This document shows positions 1 through 8,984 of a stretch of 64,000 bases of DNA, in pieces. Position numbers and translations under genes: made by a program. The stretch is from Pseudonocardia sp. GTDB lineage: Bacteria > Actinomycetota > Actinomycetes > Mycobacteriales > Pseudonocardiaceae. The notes under the pieces were generated by a model. It was given only the letters and a program-made list of their open reading frames with translations. It did no database searches and was not told where the DNA came from. The stretch is taken from contig NZ_JAJCYB010000104.1 in assembly GCF_029263155.1 (NCBI RefSeq), positions 67,565 to 131,564 of the forward strand. Reading direction: 5' to 3'. Within the stretch, counting starts at the first letter, position 1; each line of letters opens with the position of its first letter.

Positions 1-558
1 GCCGAGCTCGCCGCCGACCCCCTGCCCTCCCCCGGCGAGGACCTGCGCCTGGCCCTCACGTTCGACGACGGGTTCCGCAGCATCCTCACCACGGTCGAGC
101 CGCTGCTGCGCGGGCTCGGCATCCCGTGGACCGCGTTCGTGGTCAGCGGGTTCGCCGAGGGCCGCAAGGGCCACGACGACTTCCTCGACTGGCGCGAGAT
201 CTCCGGCCTCGCCGAGCGCGGGGTCACCATCGCCAGCCACTCGGTGACCCACCCGAACTTCCGGCTGCTGTCGGGCGGTCAGATCGTCGACGAGCTGGAG
301 CAGTCCCGCGCCGCCCTGCGGACGAACCTCGGCCTCGACACGCCCGAGTTCGCCATCCCGTTCGGGCAGTCCGGCAACTGGACACCCGCCGCCCATGCCG
401 CGGCCGAGGAGGCGGGATACCGCACGGTGTACGCCCAGTCGGTGGAGCGCAGTCCCGACGGTACGGTGCCGCGCACGTTCGTGACCAAGTTCGACGACGA
501 CCGCATCTTCCGCGCAGCCCTCGCCGGAGCGTTCGACCGGTGGGAGGAGTGGTTCTGA
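1..558 (+). CDS. Polysaccharide deacetylase (CE4/NodB), 5'-partial
   Basis: Frame open from base 1; motifs LTFDDG, SHSVTHPNF and FAIPFG typical of NodB-homology domains. Confidence 0.85.
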   Translation, partial: AELAADPLPSPGEDLRLALTFDDGFRSILTTVEPLLRGLGIPWTAFVVSGFAEGRKGHDDFLDWREISGLAERGVTIASHSVTHPNFRLLSGGQIVDELEQSRAALRTNLGLDTPEFAIPFGQSGNWTPAAHAAAEEAGYRTVYAQSVERSPDGTVPRTFVTKFDDDRIFRAALAGAFDRWEEWF

Positions 559-586
559 TCTCCCGACCCTCGTCGGACTGCCCCCG

Positions 587-3142
587 TCACCCCCGGCTGC
601 GGGGAGACGGCGTCGGGTCGGCCTGCTGGTCCCCGTCGCGGTCCGGCCCCCGGGAACTCGCAGCCTGACCCGTCGCCGCCGTCGGCTCGTCGACGGAACG
701 GTGTTCGTCGTCGCCGTTCCCGTTCGCCCGGGGGCGCGGGCTGGGCCGTTCGGGGCGCGGGGGTGGCCACGGCGTCGGCGTGGGCGGCCGGGGGGCGCCG
801 GGTGCGCGGCCGGTCGGTGCGGGACCGGTCGGTCGGGCTTCGCCGGACGCGGGTCCGGCGGCGGGGCCGTCGTCGGCCTCCCGTCGCCCGGCCGGGTTCC
901 CGTCGAACAGGTGCCCGTTACCCGGTTGGGTGTTGCGGGGCGGCCCGTACCCTGGCGCGCCATAGGACGGGCGGCCGTTCGGGGGGCGGCCGTTGTGCCG
1001 GTTGCCGTCCGCCGGATCCGGCTGCATCGGCTTCCCGGCCGCCGGCCCTCCGTCGGCCCGGTGGACGGGCCTCGGCGGACGCGGGCCGGGCGACGCACGG
1101 TCGGGTGGTGGGGGAGCTCGCCACGGTGCCGACGGACCGGGCGGGTGAGGAGGTGCCCCGGGGGCCGGGCCCGGTCCGTTCGGCGGGAACCCGGGCGGCA
1201 GCTGCCCGGGTGGACGCGCGGGTCCGCGACCGGGCACCGGCCCGGGGCCGCGGTACGGGCCCGGCGGCCCGACCTGGGGCCGACCCGGTTGCGGCGGCCG
1301 CATTCGCCCGTCGCCCGGAGCGGGACCGCCGCCTCGGTGGGGGCCGCCCGGCGGGGGGCGCATGCCGGGCCTGATCGGCGGACGCGGCGGCATCCCGCCG
1401 GGCGGGGGCGGGCGCATCCCGTTGGTCCAGGCGGGGCCGGGGACGCCGTCGGGGCGCGGACCGCCGCCCGAGGGTGCCGGTGCACGCCGCCGGACGACGG
1501 AGAACTGCATGGTGTCGTCGAGGTCACCGGGCAGGCGGAAGTAGGTGGTGGCCGCATCCATGTCGTACCGGTGGTCCGTGATCTCCTCGGTGTCGTCGGA
1601 GACGGCGGCTCCCCGGCGCCGCTTGGCCAGCCGGGTCCGCACCGCCGCGACCAGTGCGCGCCGCATCGACGGGGCGATGACGCCCAGTACGAGCAGGTAG
1701 ACGACCAGGTAGGCCAGCGACTCGACGAACAGCAGCAGGATCCCCAGGAACGTCCCGTGCGTGTCGGCGCGGAGCACCTGCCGCTCCAGCGCGCCGATGG
1801 CCACCATCGCCACACCGGCCGCGATCGTGGGGGGTGTGAGCAGCCAGGCCATCCGCCCGGCCGAGAACGGCACGACGCGGCGTACCAGGACCAGCAGCAC
1901 GACGCCGATCACGATCTCGCTGATCGAGATGGCCAGGCCGACGCCGAGCAGGCCGAGCGGGAGCAGCGCGGCGAGCAGGCCGATCCCGACCACCAGGCTG
2001 GTGACCGTGGTCCAGTTGAGCAGGCTGGACCGCCCGCTCGCCTTGATCACCTCGCTGCCCGAGGCCTGCAGCGCGACCCCGACGCCGTAGCCGGACATCG
2101 CCATGACCGCCAGCCCGGCGCCCCGCCACTCCTCGCCGAGCAGCAGCACCACGGCGGGCTCGCCGACGGCCAGGGTGAGCCCGGCGATCGGGATCGACGC
2201 CACCCAGATCCACTGCAGCGACCGCAGGAACGCGGCCTTGAGCCGCTCGGGGTCGCCCGCCACCCGGGAGAACGCGGGGAACAGGACGTAGGACCCGATC
2301 TGGACGATCGCCAGCGCCGGGATCATCGACAGCCGCTGGCCGTAGCGGTACTGCCCGAGCGTGTCGGCCTGCAGCGTCCGGCCGACCAGCGAGGTCTCCG
2401 CGCCGGTCCGGATGCGCCCGACCATGCCCTCCGCCAGGAGGGGGGCGGCGAACCTGGCCATGTCGCGCCAGAGCCGGTACGTCGGCCTGCCGACGCCGGG
2501 GCGCCACCTCGCCAGCCACCACGTGCCGACCAGCCAGACCGTCAGGCCCGCGTAGTTGGCGATGACCAGGGCCCACACCCCGTAGCCGGTGGCGGCCAGC
2601 GAGACGGAGACGACGGCATAGGCGAGCACCCGGCTGGGCTCGATGATGAGGCGCCGCTTGAAGTTGAACCGACGCTGCATGAGGCCGTCGGGCACGTTGG
2701 TGAGCGCGTGCATGAGCAGGGTGCCCGACGACACGGCCGCGATGACGCCCGCCGTGTCGTCCTGGAAGAAGTCGCCGACCAGCGGCGACACCAGCAGCGA
2801 CGCGACGGCGAGCAGCGCGCCCGAGGCGGCGGTGACCCAGAAGACGGTGTCCGCGGCGTCGGTCACGCGGTCCTCGCGCTGGATCAACGCTCCGCGCAGC
2901 CCGCCCTCGGAGAAGCCGATGAGGAAGCCGGACAGCACGGTGCCCGCGGCGAACAGACCGATCTCCTCCGGGCTCAGGAGACGGGCCAGGATGAGCGTTT
3001 GCACCAGCGAGACGATCTGGACCAGACCGAGGGTGACCGCGGAGACGGCGGCGCCGCGGCGGACCGTCGTGGACAGCTCTCCGATGTCCGGGTTGCTCGT
3101 CGCCTCGAGGGTGGCCTCCGCGCTGAAGCGTCGTCGCCTCAC
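587..3142 (-). CDS. Wzx-type oligosaccharide flippase (PST family) with long Pro/Gly-rich C-terminal tail
   Basis: N-terminal ~500 aa multi-TM with LARLLSPEEIGLFA and ALIQR motifs; about 340 aa low-complexity tail; GTG start after GAAGGGG. Confidence 0.85.
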   Translation of the reverse strand: MRRRRFSAEATLEATSNPDIGELSTTVRRGAAVSAVTLGLVQIVSLVQTLILARLLSPEEIGLFAAGTVLSGFLIGFSEGGLRGALIQREDRVTDAADTVFWVTAASGALLAVASLLVSPLVGDFFQDDTAGVIAAVSSGTLLMHALTNVPDGLMQRRFNFKRRLIIEPSRVLAYAVVSVSLAATGYGVWALVIANYAGLTVWLVGTWWLARWRPGVGRPTYRLWRDMARFAAPLLAEGMVGRIRTGAETSLVGRTLQADTLGQYRYGQRLSMIPALAIVQIGSYVLFPAFSRVAGDPERLKAAFLRSLQWIWVASIPIAGLTLAVGEPAVVLLLGEEWRGAGLAVMAMSGYGVGVALQASGSEVIKASGRSSLLNWTTVTSLVVGIGLLAALLPLGLLGVGLAISISEIVIGVVLLVLVRRVVPFSAGRMAWLLTPPTIAAGVAMVAIGALERQVLRADTHGTFLGILLLFVESLAYLVVYLLVLGVIAPSMRRALVAAVRTRLAKRRRGAAVSDDTEEITDHRYDMDAATTYFRLPGDLDDTMQFSVVRRRAPAPSGGGPRPDGVPGPAWTNGMRPPPPGGMPPRPPIRPGMRPPPGGPHRGGGPAPGDGRMRPPQPGRPQVGPPGPYRGPGPVPGRGPARPPGQLPPGFPPNGPGPAPGAPPHPPGPSAPWRAPPPPDRASPGPRPPRPVHRADGGPAAGKPMQPDPADGNRHNGRPPNGRPSYGAPGYGPPRNTQPGNGHLFDGNPAGRREADDGPAAGPASGEARPTGPAPTGRAPGAPRPPTPTPWPPPRPERPSPRPRANGNGDDEHRSVDEPTAATGQAASSRGPDRDGDQQADPTPSPRSRG

Positions 3143-3325
3143 GGGTCAGACCCCTTCGGGGGGTCGGCCAGCGATGATCACCAGGTGTCCTTACGGTCGG
3201 CCGCCGAACGGGTCCGGACATCCCCCGGACCGGCGTCGGGACCCCATTCTGACAGGAGTCCCACGCCGGCATGCGCCCGACGGCTCGCCCGGTGGCGCCA
3301 ATCACCCGCCCGGTGCGCCCCGCGG

Positions 3326-4024
3326 TCAGGAGAACGTGACGTCCGCGGCGAGCGCCTCGCGCAACCGGGCCCGGTACTCGGCACGCGGGACGCGGTACGC
3401 ACCGAACTGCCTGCTCATCGGCGTCACCATGAGTGTGTCGAGGAGCACGAAGCCGCGTTCCTGCAGGTGGCCGGTCAACCACGCCAGTGCGACCTTGCCC
3501 GCGTTGCTCTCCAGGAAGAACACGCTGTCACCGGAGTAGAAGCCCCCGATCGCGACCCCGAGCTCGCCGCCCACCAGCTCCCCGTCGCGCCACACCTCGA
3601 TGCTGTGCGCGTGGCCGGTCTCGTGCAGCGTCATGTAGACCTCCCGCACCTGGGGCACCAGCCAGGGCCGGCCGCAGGTCGTCCGGCCCTGCACCGTCGC
3701 GCAGTGGTGCAGCACGTCGGCGAACGCCTTGTCGGTGGTGACCTCGAACCGGCCCTGCCGCAGCAGGCGGGCCGGCGTCCGCGGGACGTGGCGCCGGTCG
3801 TCGATCGGGATGACGGCGCGCCGGCGCGGGGCCGTCCAGCCCAGCCGACCCCATCGGTGGCACGTGATGTGCCGCCCGGCCCGCAGGTGGTCCAGGAACT
3901 CCTCGGCCGTCGGACCGCCCCGCAGCCGGGCGACGGTGGCGATCACCGGGCGCAGCACCGGGTCGGCCAGCTCCTCGGCGTGGCGCTGCGTCGCCACCGC
4001 CCCGCGCTTGACGCCCCTGGCCAC
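3326..4024 (-). CDS. Leu/Phe-tRNA-protein transferase (Aat)-like protein, copy 1
   Basis: Motifs WTAPRRRAVI, FEVTTDKAFADVLHHCA, AHSIEVW, LVGGELG, NAGKVAL. Start chosen by alignment with copy 2; ATG at 4099 is an alternative. Confidence 0.8.
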   Translation of the reverse strand: MARGVKRGAVATQRHAEELADPVLRPVIATVARLRGGPTAEEFLDHLRAGRHITCHRWGRLGWTAPRRRAVIPIDDRRHVPRTPARLLRQGRFEVTTDKAFADVLHHCATVQGRTTCGRPWLVPQVREVYMTLHETGHAHSIEVWRDGELVGGELGVAIGGFYSGDSVFFLESNAGKVALAWLTGHLQERGFVLLDTLMVTPMSRQFGAYRVPRAEYRARLREALAADVTFS

Positions 4025-4082
4025 CGTCAACGGCACGCCGCCCCGACGGCGGAGCGCGGCGAGCGGCGAGCGGGGGTGCGGA

Positions 4083-4772
4083 TCAGCCGAAGGTGACATC
4101 GAGGGCCAGGGCCTTCTCGAGCAGGGTCTCGTACTCGTCGCGCGGTACCCAGTAGGGCGCGAAGGGCCGCGTCGCACCGGAGACGCCGTGGGTGTCGCAC
4201 AGCAGGAAGCCCCGGGACCGCAGCCGCATCAGCAGGTGGGCGAAGGCCACCTTCCCGGCGTTCGGCTCGAGGTAGAAGGTGCTGTCGGAGGCGAACATGC
4301 CGTTGACGACGACGCCCAGCTCACCTCCCACCAGACGCCCGTCGCGCCACGCCTCGACGCTGTGGGCGTGGCCGAGGTCGTGGAGCCGCAGGTAGACCTC
4401 CTGGGCGTCGGGGCTCAGCCACGAGTCGTCGACGCGGTCGCGGCCGCGCACGGTGGCGCAGTGCCGCACCACGTCCGCGAACGCCGTGTCGTAGCGGATC
4501 TCGAAGTCGCCGCGGCGCACCAACCGGGCGACGCTGCGCGGGATGTGCAGCCCCTCGTCGATCGGTACCAGCGCCCGCTGCCGCGGGGAGACCCACTTCG
4601 AGCCACCCCACCGGTTCACGTACAGGAACCGCCCGGCCCGGTACTGCTCCAGGAAGTACTCGGGCGTGGAGTACCGGGTGTGGCGTCGCAGCCGGGGGAG
4701 GGCGGTGCGGGCGACGGGGCGGACCAGCGCGGCGGAACCGTCACGCAGCGGCCGCAGGACGCCCTTCACCAT
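4083..4772 (-). CDS. Leu/Phe-tRNA-protein transferase (Aat)-like protein, copy 2
   Basis: Motifs YRAGRF, WVSPRQRALV, YDTAFADVVRHCA, AHSVEAW, LVGGELG, NAGKVAF. Confidence 0.8.
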   Translation of the reverse strand: MVKGVLRPLRDGSAALVRPVARTALPRLRRHTRYSTPEYFLEQYRAGRFLYVNRWGGSKWVSPRQRALVPIDEGLHIPRSVARLVRRGDFEIRYDTAFADVVRHCATVRGRDRVDDSWLSPDAQEVYLRLHDLGHAHSVEAWRDGRLVGGELGVVVNGMFASDSTFYLEPNAGKVAFAHLLMRLRSRGFLLCDTHGVSGATRPFAPYWVPRDEYETLLEKALALDVTFG

Positions 4773-4807
4773 GGTCAACGCTGACACGGACGGGAACCCT
4801 ACCGAGG

Positions 4808-4823
4808 TCACCCGATCCGGTCA
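4808..4823. promoter_or_regulatory. BldM-box-like 16-bp imperfect palindrome
   Basis: TCACCCGATCCGGTCA, intergenic, just upstream of the Aat-like pair; similar sites at 7245, 14194 and 16649. Confidence 0.35.
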
Positions 4824-4861
4824 CAGCGGGATCGATCCCCCGTTCGGGGCGGTGGGCCCGC

Positions 4862-5983
4862 TCACCGGCGGCCGGCGTCGACCTGCTGGTAGAGCCCGTC
4901 GATCCCGCGCGCGGTGACCTCGGCGGAGAAGTGGGCCTCCACCCGCGCCCGGCTCGCCGCACCCATCGCCGCGCGGGTGTCGGGGTCGGCCAGCAGCTTC
5001 TCCAGCGCGTCGGCGAGGCGCTCGGGATCCTGCGACGGCACGACGAACCCGGTGGCACCGTCCTGGACGGCACGGCCGATGTCGCCCACGTCGCTGGCGA
5101 CGACCGGCAGGCCGCTCGCCATCGCCTCCAGCACCGACAGCGGCATGGCCTCCCACCAGGACGGCAGGCAGAAGACCTCGGCCTCGGCGTAGGCGGCCGC
5201 CATGTCGGCCGGGTCGCGGGTGCCGAGCAGGCGGGTCCACGACGGCAGGCCGTCGCGCACCGCGGCCTCCGCATCGGGCCCCTCGTCGGGGGTGCCGCCG
5301 AGCAGGTGCAGCTCGTGGTCGACGCCCCGCTCCCGCAGGATCACCGACGCGGCGGCCAGGTCGAGCACGCCCTTGCGGGGGGTAAGCAGGCCCACGTAGA
5401 GGATGCGCGGCGGGCGGCGGGCGGCGTCGCGCTGCGGGAGGTCGCCGAGCGGCACCCCATTGTCGACCAGGCACACCTTGCCCGCGGGCAGCACCGTGCG
5501 CAGCGCCTGCTCGCCCGCGGTCCACACCGCGACGACGCGGTGGGCGGGGAGCATCGCCGCGCGCATGAGCACCCGGTTGACGCGGCCGCCGAGCCAGGTC
5601 GCGATGTTGCCGCCGTGCGCGTGCACGACCACGGCGGAGCCCCTGGCCCGCGCCGCCCAGGCCAGCAGCGCGGCCCGCAGCACCGTCACCGACGGCGCGA
5701 GGGCCGAGTGGATGTGCACGACGTCGTGGTCGGCCGCGCGGCGCCACACGGCCAGCGCGTCGCCGAACGTACGGCGCAGGTTGCCCGCGGTCAGCCGCCC
5801 GCCCTCGGGGACGCCCGCGTGCGCGACGTTGAGCAGGGTCACCTCGTGGGTGTCGGCCAGCGCACCGCCCCGCAGCATCTCCAGGAACGTCGGGATGCCG
5901 CCGCGGTCGGGGGCGGCCTTGCCCACCAGCAGGACGCGGAGCCGGCGCGGGACGGCGCGGGAGGCGGTCACGGGGGCGGTCAT
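4862..5983 (-). CDS. Glycosyltransferase family 4
   Basis: GT-B motifs LYVGLLTPRKG and LPSWWEAMPLSVLEAMASGLPVV; ATGA overlap with the upstream GT2 stop. Confidence 0.9.
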   Translation of the reverse strand: MTAPVTASRAVPRRLRVLLVGKAAPDRGGIPTFLEMLRGGALADTHEVTLLNVAHAGVPEGGRLTAGNLRRTFGDALAVWRRAADHDVVHIHSALAPSVTVLRAALLAWAARARGSAVVVHAHGGNIATWLGGRVNRVLMRAAMLPAHRVVAVWTAGEQALRTVLPAGKVCLVDNGVPLGDLPQRDAARRPPRILYVGLLTPRKGVLDLAAASVILRERGVDHELHLLGGTPDEGPDAEAAVRDGLPSWTRLLGTRDPADMAAAYAEAEVFCLPSWWEAMPLSVLEAMASGLPVVASDVGDIGRAVQDGATGFVVPSQDPERLADALEKLLADPDTRAAMGAASRARVEAHFSAEVTARGIDGLYQQVDAGRR

Positions 5984-6996
5984 CGTTCCTTCCGCGCGGA
6001 GCGCAGCCGGTCGGCCACGGCGGCGCCGACGCCGGCCCAGAAGCCGATCCCCCACCCGAGGTGCATCGCCAGGAACGCCGGGGCGACGTAGGACCGCTCC
6101 GCGGCCCCTCCGAGCGGGCGGGCGGTGTGCACGGTCGCGGCGGCGACGGCCGCGGCGTAGGGCGCCACCATCGCGGCGGCGACGCCGGGACGCCGCAGCG
6201 CCACCGCCGCCGCCCCGGCCAGGTAGGCGACGAACGCGGGCACCATGACGTGCCGCGGGCGCATCGACCGGGGGTGCTTGACCGCCACCGCGACCTTGCC
6301 GCGCCCGTAACGGCGGTACTGGCGGTAGAGGTCGGCCACGGTCTGGCGGGAGTGCCAGCGGATCGCCACGGCCGGGTCGAACAGCAGGCGGTGCCCGGCC
6401 CGGCGCAGCCGGTAGTCGAACTCGAAGTCCTCGTTGGCGACGAGACCCTCGTCCCAGCCGCCGAGCTCGCGGATGAGCGCCGTGGGGTAGGCGCCGAACG
6501 GGATGTGGTCGACCTCCTGGCGCCGCTCGCCGTGGTGGTAGACCGACCCCCCGACGCCGAAGGGGCTGCCCAGCGCGGCCGCGATCGCCCGGCCCGCCGG
6601 GGTGACGCCGTGGCCGTCCTTGCGCCCGCCCACACCGCCCCAGCCGCCCTCGCGCAGCAGGCCCACGACGGTGCCGACGTAGCCCGCGTCGATCGTGGAG
6701 TGCGAGTCGACGCGCACCAGCCAGCGCCCCCGCGCCGCGGCGAGCGCGATGTTCAGCGACACCGGGATGCCGCCGCGGGGGTTGGTGTGCAGCTCGACCC
6801 TCGGGTCGAGCTTCGCGGCAGCGGCAACGATGTCGGCGGTGTCGTCGGTGGTGGCTCCGTCCACGACGACGACGACCTGCAGGTTCTCGTAGTCCTGGGC
6901 CTGCACGGCCGCCAGGCAGTCACCGATGAACCCGGACTCGTCGCGGGCCGGGATGATGATTGTCACCAGGTCGTCGACCGCTCGATCGGCCGTCAT
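5980..6996 (-). CDS. Glycosyltransferase family 2 (ExoA-like)
   Basis: IIIPARDE, VRVDSHS, GGWDEGLVANEDFEF, RQYRRYGRGK; C-terminal TM segments. Confidence 0.9.
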   Translation of the reverse strand: MTADRAVDDLVTIIIPARDESGFIGDCLAAVQAQDYENLQVVVVVDGATTDDTADIVAAAAKLDPRVELHTNPRGGIPVSLNIALAAARGRWLVRVDSHSTIDAGYVGTVVGLLREGGWGGVGGRKDGHGVTPAGRAIAAALGSPFGVGGSVYHHGERRQEVDHIPFGAYPTALIRELGGWDEGLVANEDFEFDYRLRRAGHRLLFDPAVAIRWHSRQTVADLYRQYRRYGRGKVAVAVKHPRSMRPRHVMVPAFVAYLAGAAAVALRRPGVAAAMVAPYAAAVAAATVHTARPLGGAAERSYVAPAFLAMHLGWGIGFWAGVGAAVADRLRSARKER

Positions 6997-7244
6997 GATG
7001 GAGCTCGTGCTGGCGTGCGTCGCCGTCACCACCTCGGGAGTAGCTGGTCGGAAGTGCCGAGAGGACCTTACTGGTCGGCTCCCGGACCCTCCCGGGGCGA
7101 CCCGTGATCGCTCACCGCGACCTACGGGAGCGACGCGGCCGGTCCACGGCCCACCCGTTCGGCGCTGTCGTGTTTGAACCGCCCGGGGCGGGTGAAGAAC
7201 TATCTGACCCGCAGTCACCGTATTTCACCCAGGGGTGGACCTGT

Positions 7245-7260
7245 TCACCTGTTCGAGGGA
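7245..7260. promoter_or_regulatory. BldM-box-like site in divergent promoter region
   Basis: TCACCTGTTCGAGGGA, plus half-sites at 7151, 7189 and 7225, in the less GC-rich GT2/priming-GT intergenic region. Confidence 0.3.
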
Positions 7261-7376
7261 TGTGGCATCCGACGCAACATCCTCGGACCTGAAACGTCTT
7301 TAGACCGAGAGGCGATAGGCGTCGCAAGTGCCCGGGCATGCGTTACGGGGGACCCGGGCCGTGTAAGGAGGAAGTC

Positions 7377-8942
7377 TTGACCGAAGTGATCGACTCATCG
7401 GGGCGGACCGTCGCCCGGGCCACACCGGCCCGCCCGGACCAGCCGGGGGATGGTCGCGCGCGCACGACGTTCCGGGCGGTGGTCGCCACCTCCGACCTCG
7501 TCGCCGTTGCGCTGGGCACCGCGGCCGGGGTGTGGGTGGCCGGTCCGGTTCCCGCGATCGCGGTCGGGATCACGACCCTGCTGGCGATCGCCGTGTCCCG
7601 CCGGCACGCCTGGCGCTTCGCCCCGTCGGTACTGACCGACCTGCCGAGCGCCGCGCTGATCGTGGCGGTCCCCACCGGGCTCGTCGCCGCCGTGCTCGGA
7701 CCGGTCCTGGACGGGGAGCCGGCCGGCGCCATCGTCACCGGGCTCGGCACGCTCACGCTGCTCGTCATCGCCCGCACGGTCGTCTTCGCCGTCATCCTGC
7801 GCCGCCGCAACGCGGGCCGCGACCAGCTCCGCGCCCTCGTCGTCGGATGTGACGACACCGGTGTCCGGCTCGGCCAGACCCTCACCCACCAGCTCCGCTA
7901 CGGCGTCACCGTCGTCGGGTACGTCGACGACGACCGCCCGCTGCTCGCCGACCTCGGCCCCAAGCTCGGCTCGGTCGAGGCACTGCCCGAGCTGGTGCGC
8001 GAGCACGGCGTCGACCTCGTGCTGGTCGGCTTCGGGGCGCACAGCGACGACAAGGTCGTCGACGCCGTCCGGGACCTCGGCGCGTCGCCGGTCGAGGTCT
8101 ACGTGGTGCCGCGCATGTACGAGCTGCACCAGATGCACCACCACAACCAGGCCAGCGAGCTCGTCGACGGGATCCCGCTGGCGCGGCTGCGCCGGCCCGC
8201 CTACCGCAGCGCGTCGTGGCGGCTCAAGCGCGTCATCGACGTCGTGGTCTCGGGCGTCTCCCTGCTCGTCGCCGCCCCGGCGCTCGCCGTGATCGCCGTC
8301 GCGGTCCGCCGCGAGACCGGCCCGGGCATCATCTTCAAGCAGGAGCGGATCGGCCTGAACGGCGAGCCGTTCACGCTGTTCAAGTTCCGGTCGCTGCAGC
8401 TCGCCGCGGGCGAGGGCGACGTGCGGTGGAGCATCGACACCGACACCCGGCTGGGCCCGGTCGGCAAGTTCATCCGGGCCAGCAGCCTCGACGAGCTCCC
8501 GCAGCTGGTGAACGTCCTCAAGGGCGACATGAGCCTGGTCGGCCCGCGTCCCGAGCGGCCCTACTTCGTGGAGCGGTTCAACGAGACGATCCCCGGCTAC
8601 CGCTACCGCCACCGCGTGCCCGTCGGCCTCACCGGCTACGCCGCGGTGCACGGCCTGCGCGGCGACACCTCGATCCACCAGCGCGCCCACTTCGACAACC
8701 TCTACGCCGAGTCGTGGTCGCTGTGGCTGGACCTCAAGATCGCCGTCTGGACGGTGCGCCAGCTCGTCCCGCGCCGCTCGCCCGAGGCCCACCTGCCCGT
8801 GCCGGCCCCACCGACCATGGACGACATCGACCCGTCGGTGGACGCCGACACGGTCCGGCTGCCCTACGTCGCGCCTGCGCGGCAGGCCGACGCCACGATC
8901 ACCGGCAGCGAGGCCACGGTCGTCATCCGCCGCAGCGCCTGA
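7377..8942 (+). CDS. Polyprenyl-phosphate glycosylphosphotransferase (priming sugar transferase, WcaJ/Bac_transf family)
   Basis: KFRS, SLDELPQLVNVLKGDMSLVGPRPE, WSLWLDLKI; TTG start after AAGGAGG. Confidence 0.92.
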   Translation: MTEVIDSSGRTVARATPARPDQPGDGRARTTFRAVVATSDLVAVALGTAAGVWVAGPVPAIAVGITTLLAIAVSRRHAWRFAPSVLTDLPSAALIVAVPTGLVAAVLGPVLDGEPAGAIVTGLGTLTLLVIARTVVFAVILRRRNAGRDQLRALVVGCDDTGVRLGQTLTHQLRYGVTVVGYVDDDRPLLADLGPKLGSVEALPELVREHGVDLVLVGFGAHSDDKVVDAVRDLGASPVEVYVVPRMYELHQMHHHNQASELVDGIPLARLRRPAYRSASWRLKRVIDVVVSGVSLLVAAPALAVIAVAVRRETGPGIIFKQERIGLNGEPFTLFKFRSLQLAAGEGDVRWSIDTDTRLGPVGKFIRASSLDELPQLVNVLKGDMSLVGPRPERPYFVERFNETIPGYRYRHRVPVGLTGYAAVHGLRGDTSIHQRAHFDNLYAESWSLWLDLKIAVWTVRQLVPRRSPEAHLPVPAPPTMDDIDPSVDADTVRLPYVAPARQADATITGSEATVVIRRSA

Positions 8943-8984
8943 GGGGCGTCGCCTCTCACCTGCCGACGTCAGGCCATCCCATCC

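Noticed and set aside
701-4096. Long alternative or antisense ORFs (e.g. 701-4096, 7395-10106, 36190-38988, 50204-52822)
   Set aside because: Shadow ORFs expected in very GC-rich DNA; they overlap well-supported genes and have no recognisable motifs.
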